From Oscillospiraceae bacterium (GTDB lineage Bacteria > Bacillota > Clostridia > Oscillospirales > Oscillospiraceae), in NCBI GenBank assembly GCA_902765975.1, contig CACXBO010000147.1, forward strand, positions 1 through 30,702: a DNA stretch of 30,702 nucleotides. The letters run 5' to 3'. The notes beneath the pieces are model-generated. The model searched no databases. It had not been told where the DNA came from and was given only the letters and a program-made list of their open reading frames with translations. This document shows positions 25,359 to 30,702 of this stretch, piece after piece. How positions within the stretch are numbered: the first letter of the stretch is position 1; each line of letters begins with the position of its first letter. A program made the translations under genes and the position numbers.

Positions 25359-26240
25359 TCATCCCTTAACGGAGCCCTGATGCGCTATTCCCTCCACAAG
25401 GTAATCCTCGCCGCCGAGGAAGAGGAGGAGCGTCGGTATCATATAAAACGTTGCAACTGCGAAGGCGAGTCCGACTTCTCCCGCGTTTATCTGGGAGAGG
25501 AAAACGCTCAGCGGCTGCTGGTCGGGGTCAGGCAGAAGGATAAGCGCCTGCTCGACCATATTCCAGTAATCGATGAAAACGAGTATCGCGATGGAGAACA
25601 GAGCGGCTCTGCACTGCGGCAGACATACCCTTGTGAAAACCCTCCATTCGCTCGCTCCGTCAAGCTTTGCCGCCTCAATGAGGCTCTTCGGTATCCTGCG
25701 CATAAATTTCGTTAGCAGGAAAACGGAAAACGGCGCGAAGGCTCCCGGCAGTATTATCGACCATCGGGTACCTACTAGCCCGAGCGCGTCGCTTACAAGA
25801 TAGTTCGGAACAAGAGTGACCTGATACGGCATCAACATCAGTATAACGTATGAAAAGAAGATCGCCGCTCTCGCCTTGCCCCTCCAACGCGTAAAGCCGT
25901 AGGCCGCTATGGACGCAACCGCAAGCTGGAAGAGGACAACGGGAATAGTAAGAAGGGCGCTGTTCCAGAACTTGAAAAGAAAATCGGGACTCTTTATAAG
26001 AGCCGTTACATACTGAGAAACAGTCACCTTTTCGGGGATGAATTTCAGGTTGACCTTCTCGGAAACGTAGCTGTGACCTGCCCTCGCCGTGCCGAAAACT
26101 GCGCCGTAGTTCGCCTCTATCTCGCTCTCGGTCATAAACGAGTTCGTAATCGTAAGAATAGTCGGAGTGAGAAAAGCGACGGCAAAGATAAGGCAGGCGA
26201 TGAATACGGCAGTCCTTCCCGCAATATTCTTTTTCTTCAT
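25359..26240 (-). CDS. Carbohydrate-type ABC permease (MalG-like)
   Basis: FWNSALLT, AAYGFTR, EAA loop IPKSLIEAAKLDGAS, WNMVEQ. Confidence 0.92.
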   Translation of the reverse strand: MKKKNIAGRTAVFIACLIFAVAFLTPTILTITNSFMTESEIEANYGAVFGTARAGHSYVSEKVNLKFIPEKVTVSQYVTALIKSPDFLFKFWNSALLTIPVVLFQLAVASIAAYGFTRWRGKARAAIFFSYVILMLMPYQVTLVPNYLVSDALGLVGTRWSIILPGAFAPFSVFLLTKFMRRIPKSLIEAAKLDGASEWRVFTRVCLPQCRAALFSIAILVFIDYWNMVEQALILLPDPDQQPLSVFLSQINAGEVGLAFAVATFYMIPTLLLFLGGEDYLVEGIAHQGSVKG

Positions 26241-27223
26241 CCCTCCACGTCCTTTCCGAACCAGTTCTCCACTATGAACAGGACGGCGATGATGATCACC
26301 ATCGCTATCGCCATCAGCACGGCGGCAGCCGAGAGCTTCTGGTAGTTCAGAGCGTTGAACATATTGTTCATAAAGTGCTGCAGAGTGTACAGCTTTTCAT
26401 AAGGGTAGCTTCCGGCCAGAAGGTAGACCTCGCGGAACACCTTGAAGCTGTTAATAAGGCTCAGTATAGCGACGAAGAGTATGGTCGGCGACAGGTATCT
26501 GAGCTTTATACCGAAGAATTTATAAAGCGGGGACGCGCCCTCGACGTCCGCGACCTCAAGAAGCTCTCCGGGCACGTTCGCAAGCGCGGACATAAATAGG
26601 ATCATATTGTATCCGAGGTTCTTCCAGAGGAAGAGGACTATTACAACCCACTGCGCGTAATCTGAGTTCAGCCAGTCGATCTTGTCCGCCCCGAAAAGCG
26701 CCGTAAAGTCGTTCAGCACTCCGTTATTTGAGAACACCACCTGCCAGATCAGAACTACCGATGCGACAGGCACCATCATCGGGCTCAGGAAAAACGTCCT
26801 GAATTTGCTTTTTCCCGGTATCCTCGCCTCAAGCAGAAGCGCCAGAGTCAGAGAGAGGATAACCGAGAGCGGAACAACGAGAAGCGAAAGAGTTCCCGTA
26901 TTCTTTGCCGCGAGCAGAAAGCCCGGGTTCTGCAAAAGGTTTTTATAGTTATCAAAGCCGGCGAACGACGGATCGAGATTGCTTTTCGTGAAGCTGTAGT
27001 AGATGACCACTCCGAACGGGAGCACGAAGAAAAGCATAACTCCCATAAAGCTCGGTCCGAGGAAGCCTATGCTTGTGAGGAATTCGCGCGTCCTCGTTCT
27101 CTTTATCGCACGCCGCTGCTCAGGCGAAAGCTCTGCGCTCACCTCGCGTATCCGCTCTCTCACCCTCCGCTTTTCAGCGCGGGCTTCCCGCCATTTCTTA
27201 AAAGGATTTGAAATCTCACTCAC
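26237..27223 (-). CDS. Carbohydrate-type ABC permease (MalF-like)
   Basis: FAGFDNY, FFLSPMMVPVAS, WKNLGYNMILFMSAL, degenerate EAA loop VPGELLEVADVEGAS; GTG start with AGAGGA SD. Confidence 0.92.
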   Translation of the reverse strand: MSEISNPFKKWREARAEKRRVRERIREVSAELSPEQRRAIKRTRTREFLTSIGFLGPSFMGVMLFFVLPFGVVIYYSFTKSNLDPSFAGFDNYKNLLQNPGFLLAAKNTGTLSLLVVPLSVILSLTLALLLEARIPGKSKFRTFFLSPMMVPVASVVLIWQVVFSNNGVLNDFTALFGADKIDWLNSDYAQWVVIVLFLWKNLGYNMILFMSALANVPGELLEVADVEGASPLYKFFGIKLRYLSPTILFVAILSLINSFKVFREVYLLAGSYPYEKLYTLQHFMNNMFNALNYQKLSAAAVLMAIAMVIIIAVLFIVENWFGKDVEG

Positions 27224-27231
27224 TTCCTCTC

Positions 27232-29676
27232 TTATCTCTGCTCGTTAACGTATAGGAACGCTCTGGAGTTTATCGCCTTTGCCGCGTCCTGTGCGCTCTG
27301 CTGCCCGGAAAAATATGCGCTTGCTCTGTCGACAATAATCTCATATATAGCGTCGTCAAAGCCGTATATCCTCGTCGTCTCATTTATGAGCGAGGTAATC
27401 TTTTCGACCTGCTCGTCGGTAAGGTGGTAAATCTGTCCGCCGCCTAAGCCAACGCTATCCGAAACCGCGATCTTGGCGTCGTAATAAACTTCCCCGAAGC
27501 CGCCCCATCCCTTCGGCTCCTCGATCTTCTCGCCGTTCTCATCCAGGATATATGCGCCGCGCTCGTCGCGCCTGTAAACCGGAGTCCTTGCCTCAAGAAG
27601 CTTTCTGTCGAACGCCGCCTTGTTGGACGGAAACCCGTACATGGCCCTGGACTGGTAAGACTCAGACAGGAAACGGCTCATAAACTCCCACGCGCCCGCC
27701 TTATCGGCGCAGGTCGCGCTCATGGCAATTCCCATATTGGTTGAAAACGCGCTTCCGACTCCGCTCTCAACGGGATAGCCGACAAAGGTCATATCCCCGC
27801 CCATGCTCATCTCGTTACGGCGCCATTCGATAAAGTCGCCTATATCCAATACCTCAAGAAGCTGGTAGCCCTCAAGTATCGCGCTTGAGCCGGGGAACGG
27901 GTCTCCCTGCTCTTCCCTGTAGTATTTTTCCGCGTCGAAGGTCGCGGGGAACATATTCGCAAATTCCAGTATTCCGACGAAATTCGGGCTGTTGAAGCTC
28001 ACCTGACCGTTAGACCAGTTTACGAAGCCGTCGAGCATTATAGCGCAAACATCGTGCAGAGCGTCGCTCTTCGTGTATTCAACGCTGAATACCGTTGCCT
28101 CCGGCCACAGCGTTTTGTATGCGCGCATTAGCTCCTTCATATTCCAGCCCATATGGTCTCCGACTACGTCCGTCTGACCTGCTACCGTACGCACAGTGAA
28201 GGACGGCGATATCTGATACAGCTTTCCTTCAGTCGACAGGGCGTTGAAGAAGGGCTCGACTACGCCCTGTCTTCCGTAAGTGGATTCTATGTACGGCCAG
28301 AGATCCTCAAGATATCCCTTCGCGCTGAGCTGGCGCATCGGCATATCCGTGCAGGAGAATAAATCCGGTATCTTACCAGACAAAAGCTCAGTTGTAAGCT
28401 TCTTCAGTGCTCCCTCGCTCGAGCCCTTGCCATTGTCGTCGTCGAACTGCGAGTAGTCTATGACCTCAATGCGGTACTTCTGGCTCGTTCTGTTAAACTT
28501 AATTATTTCGCGGCGCACATTGCTGTCGAGTCCGAGGCAAGCATAGGAAAGATACGTCTTCTCCGGCAGGCTCTCCGTTCTGACCTTGTAGATCCTGTAC
28601 ATTCCGGTGGTCTCGCCCTGGTCGTCGTACTGCGTTGAGAATGCAAGAACGCTGCCCTCATCGGTGACTATGAGGTTTTCAAGGTAGTCCGCGTCAACGT
28701 CGCAGTTTGTGAAGTTGAACAGAAGCTCCGACTCTCCGCTGTCCATTTTGAGCCCCATAAAGTTGAGCCCGTTCGTATAGAAATAGTCGTACTCGTCGTT
28801 GCCCATGTATAGCCTGTTTGATGAAATGGACGGAAGCATCTCCGGCTCGTCAAGCTTGCCTGCGGCAATATTGATTCTCGACACCATCATTGTTTCGCCG
28901 CCGTCGCCCCATTCGGTGCTTGTTACGCCTACCGAACCGTCGCTCATCCTTACCGATGAGCTGAACCAGGATTCGCCCGTTATCATTGCCCTGAAGTCGC
29001 CGGACTTGTCAAGGCAGATTATCGTATCTCCTCCTACCAGATAGAGATTACCGAGAGCGTCAGCTATCATATCGTTGACGTAAAAGCCGTAAGCATTCTC
29101 TTCTTCGCCCAGGAACCTGGTCAGATCAGAGGATAATATCTTATTCCCGTCATAATCCAGTTTTGAAAGAGTGTAGCTCTGCTTAGACTCATAGTAGTCC
29201 CAGTACTTATCGCCGACATCCTCCCGTGTCATTCCCTCCGGAAGATTTACTCGGCTCATATATGCCTGCTCGCATATCCACATTCCGTCCGTCGAAGCAA
29301 GAAAAGCCTGAACGTTGTTTCTCCCGTCCCAGCCATCCTCGACCGGCGAAGGGGCAAACTCAGCTATCACCTTCAGGTCCGTTCCGTCAAGCGCCATGCT
29401 GTTCACGTGGTATATACTGTTCTCTCGGTAACTGTACTCGCCCGTTTCCTCGTCAAGCACCTCTTCATAGCCGCTCGTAAACGACAGGTAATACACCCTC
29501 CTTCCGGAGTATGCAAAGCCCCTTATGCTTTGATCCTCGCTCTGCAGCTGGGTAAAGGCGGAGGTATACGTAAATTCCGGTCTCTCCTCAGCTCCCGGGT
29601 TCTCTTTTTTCCCGCAGCCGGTAAAAAGAGATATCGTTATCACGGCGGCAAGAAGAAGCGCCGTCAGTCTCTTCAT
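27232..29676 (-). CDS. Large two-domain extracellular solute-binding lipoprotein (beta-rich N-terminal half plus family-1-like SBP)
   Basis: MKR signal with FTGC lipobox; ~370 aa of beta-repeat-like sequence; SBP half with IIKFNRTSQKYRIEVIDY, GKIPDLF, YLEDLWPYIE, KAGAWEFMSRFLS; AGGAGG SD supports ATG 29676. Confidence 0.85.
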   Translation of the reverse strand: MKRLTALLLAAVITISLFTGCGKKENPGAEERPEFTYTSAFTQLQSEDQSIRGFAYSGRRVYYLSFTSGYEEVLDEETGEYSYRENSIYHVNSMALDGTDLKVIAEFAPSPVEDGWDGRNNVQAFLASTDGMWICEQAYMSRVNLPEGMTREDVGDKYWDYYESKQSYTLSKLDYDGNKILSSDLTRFLGEEENAYGFYVNDMIADALGNLYLVGGDTIICLDKSGDFRAMITGESWFSSSVRMSDGSVGVTSTEWGDGGETMMVSRINIAAGKLDEPEMLPSISSNRLYMGNDEYDYFYTNGLNFMGLKMDSGESELLFNFTNCDVDADYLENLIVTDEGSVLAFSTQYDDQGETTGMYRIYKVRTESLPEKTYLSYACLGLDSNVRREIIKFNRTSQKYRIEVIDYSQFDDDNGKGSSEGALKKLTTELLSGKIPDLFSCTDMPMRQLSAKGYLEDLWPYIESTYGRQGVVEPFFNALSTEGKLYQISPSFTVRTVAGQTDVVGDHMGWNMKELMRAYKTLWPEATVFSVEYTKSDALHDVCAIMLDGFVNWSNGQVSFNSPNFVGILEFANMFPATFDAEKYYREEQGDPFPGSSAILEGYQLLEVLDIGDFIEWRRNEMSMGGDMTFVGYPVESGVGSAFSTNMGIAMSATCADKAGAWEFMSRFLSESYQSRAMYGFPSNKAAFDRKLLEARTPVYRRDERGAYILDENGEKIEEPKGWGGFGEVYYDAKIAVSDSVGLGGGQIYHLTDEQVEKITSLINETTRIYGFDDAIYEIIVDRASAYFSGQQSAQDAAKAINSRAFLYVNEQR

Positions 29677-29721
29677 AAGCTGTATCCTCCTATAGCATAG
29701 TTTCAAAAGTCCACGCTGTTC

Positions 29722-30438
29722 TCAAAGCTTCGAGAACACCTCGCCTATCCTGCCCTTTATCGCAAGGTCGGCTGAATTGTCGAGCCCCGTGGGCGAGAGG
29801 TTTATAACTGCAAGCCAGCGCCCTCCGAAATATCTCACAAGTCCGGCAGCCGGATAAACGACAAGGCTCGTGCCGCCCACTATCAGCATATCCGCTCTCT
29901 CGATGGCGTTAACGCTCTTTCTCAGCACCTTATCGTCGAGCATCTCCTCATAAAGAACGATATCCGGCCTCACTATCCCGCCGCACTCGCAGCGAGGAAC
30001 GCCTGTAGCCCTCTGGCAGAAGTCGGCGGAGTAGCGCATGCCGCATTTTGAGCAATAGTTCCGCAGGAGCGAGCCGTGGAGCTCAAGGACGTTCTTCGAG
30101 CCTGCGGCCTGATGGAGCCCGTCAATATTCTGTGTGATGACAGCCTTCAGCTTGCCTCTCTCCTCCAGCTTTGCGAGATAGAGATGCGCGGCGTTGGGTT
30201 TCGCGTCGCGGACTATGAGCTTGTCTCTGTAGAATCTGTAAAACTCCTCGGGATTCCTTTCAAAAAAGCTTCTCGAAATGATCTCCTCCGGCGGGTATTT
30301 GTATTTCTGGTTATACAAGCCGTCGACGCTCCGGAAATCGGGGATCCCGCTCTCCGTGGACACTCCTGCGCCCCCGAAGAAAACGATGTTTTCAGAGTTT
30401 TCTATCATTTCCCGGAGCCGTGAAATCTTTTCTTCCAC
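29722..30438 (-). CDS. cobB: NAD-dependent protein deacylase (Sir2/CobB)
   Basis: GAGVSTESGIPDFRS, ITQNIDGLH, ELHG, Zn ribbon CSKC...CEC, RPDIVLYEE, GTSLVVYPA; GTG 30438 has an AAAGGA SD (ATG 30447 is the alternative). Confidence 0.95.
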   Translation of the reverse strand: MEEKISRLREMIENSENIVFFGGAGVSTESGIPDFRSVDGLYNQKYKYPPEEIISRSFFERNPEEFYRFYRDKLIVRDAKPNAAHLYLAKLEERGKLKAVITQNIDGLHQAAGSKNVLELHGSLLRNYCSKCGMRYSADFCQRATGVPRCECGGIVRPDIVLYEEMLDDKVLRKSVNAIERADMLIVGGTSLVVYPAAGLVRYFGGRWLAVINLSPTGLDNSADLAIKGRIGEVFSKL

Positions 30439-30493
30439 TATTATCATCCTTTATTTTGTTGTAGCGTTCCGCCGGCAATCAATATACTGTATT

Positions 30494-30521
30494 ATTATAT
30501 CATACGAATTGGAAAAATCAA
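30494..30521 (-). promoter_or_regulatory. Putative sigma-A promoter of cobB
   Basis: Minus strand TTGATT-16 nt-TATAAT with a TG extension. Confidence 0.55.
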
Positions 30522-30550
30522 CAGTTTGCCGCTGATTTGAGCAAAAAAAC

Positions 30551-30584
30551 TGTGTGTGTTTATTAATTGTGTGTGTTTATTAAT
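30551..30584. repeat. Perfect 17-bp tandem duplication
   Basis: TGTGTGTGTTTATTAAT occurs at 30551-30567 and 30568-30584. Confidence 0.9.
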
Positions 30585-30702
30585 GATGTGCGACAGCATC
30601 GAAAGGAACTTATGCGAGGCATAGAGGTATTCTCAGCTTTTGCATTTTCTGTCACACTTCATTGTATAATCTGCACAACGCCGGCTTCAAAAAAAGCAAT
30701 TA

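Noticed and set aside
3601-30438. GNAT acetylase and sirtuin deacetylase as a matched pair
   Set aside because: About 26 kb apart on opposite strands in unrelated operons; nothing in the sequence links them.
30551-30584. Repeat as a CRISPR remnant
   Set aside because: Two abutting 17-mers with no spacer, too short, and no cas genes.
1-30702. Mobile elements, prophage, tRNA/rRNA, SRP RNA or known riboswitches
   Set aside because: No integrase/transposase motifs, terminal repeats or recognisable structured-RNA signatures seen by eye; an Infernal/Rfam scan would be needed to exclude small RNAs.

Overview
Core chromosomal segment of a moderately GC-rich bacterium whose gene content and protein style point to Clostridia (Bacillota); the taxonomy is inferred from gene families only. 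No rRNA, tRNA, CRISPR array, integrase or transposase was recognised. Plus strand (1-4125): ylxM-ffh-rpsP-khpA-rimM-trmD, with TrmD fused to a C-terminal GNAT acetyltransferase. Everything after that is on the minus strand, listed here in window order: a cation:proton antiporter; an ArsR/SmtB-regulated Zn/Cd P1B-ATPase operon with a clear operator; a LUD-domain protein and a small lipoprotein; a tightly coupled rnfC-rnfD/G(fused)-rnfE-rnfA-rnfB-nrfA-resB-ccsA unit; rny; an alanine/glycine:cation symporter; a six-gene ABC locus that mixes importer parts (large SBP lipoprotein, two MalF/G-type permeases, MalK-type ATPase) with exporter parts (a very long HlyD-type adaptor and a 2-TM MacB-like protein); and a sirtuin. 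The two best candidates for undescribed biology are (1) an Rnf complex co-encoded with a pentaheme NrfA nitrite reductase and its heme-attachment genes but with no NrfH/NrfBCD partner, and (2) the hybrid importer/adaptor ABC system. Family assignments come from motif recognition by eye, not from database searches. Several start codons were moved from the ORF track using Shine-Dalgarno (SD) positions.
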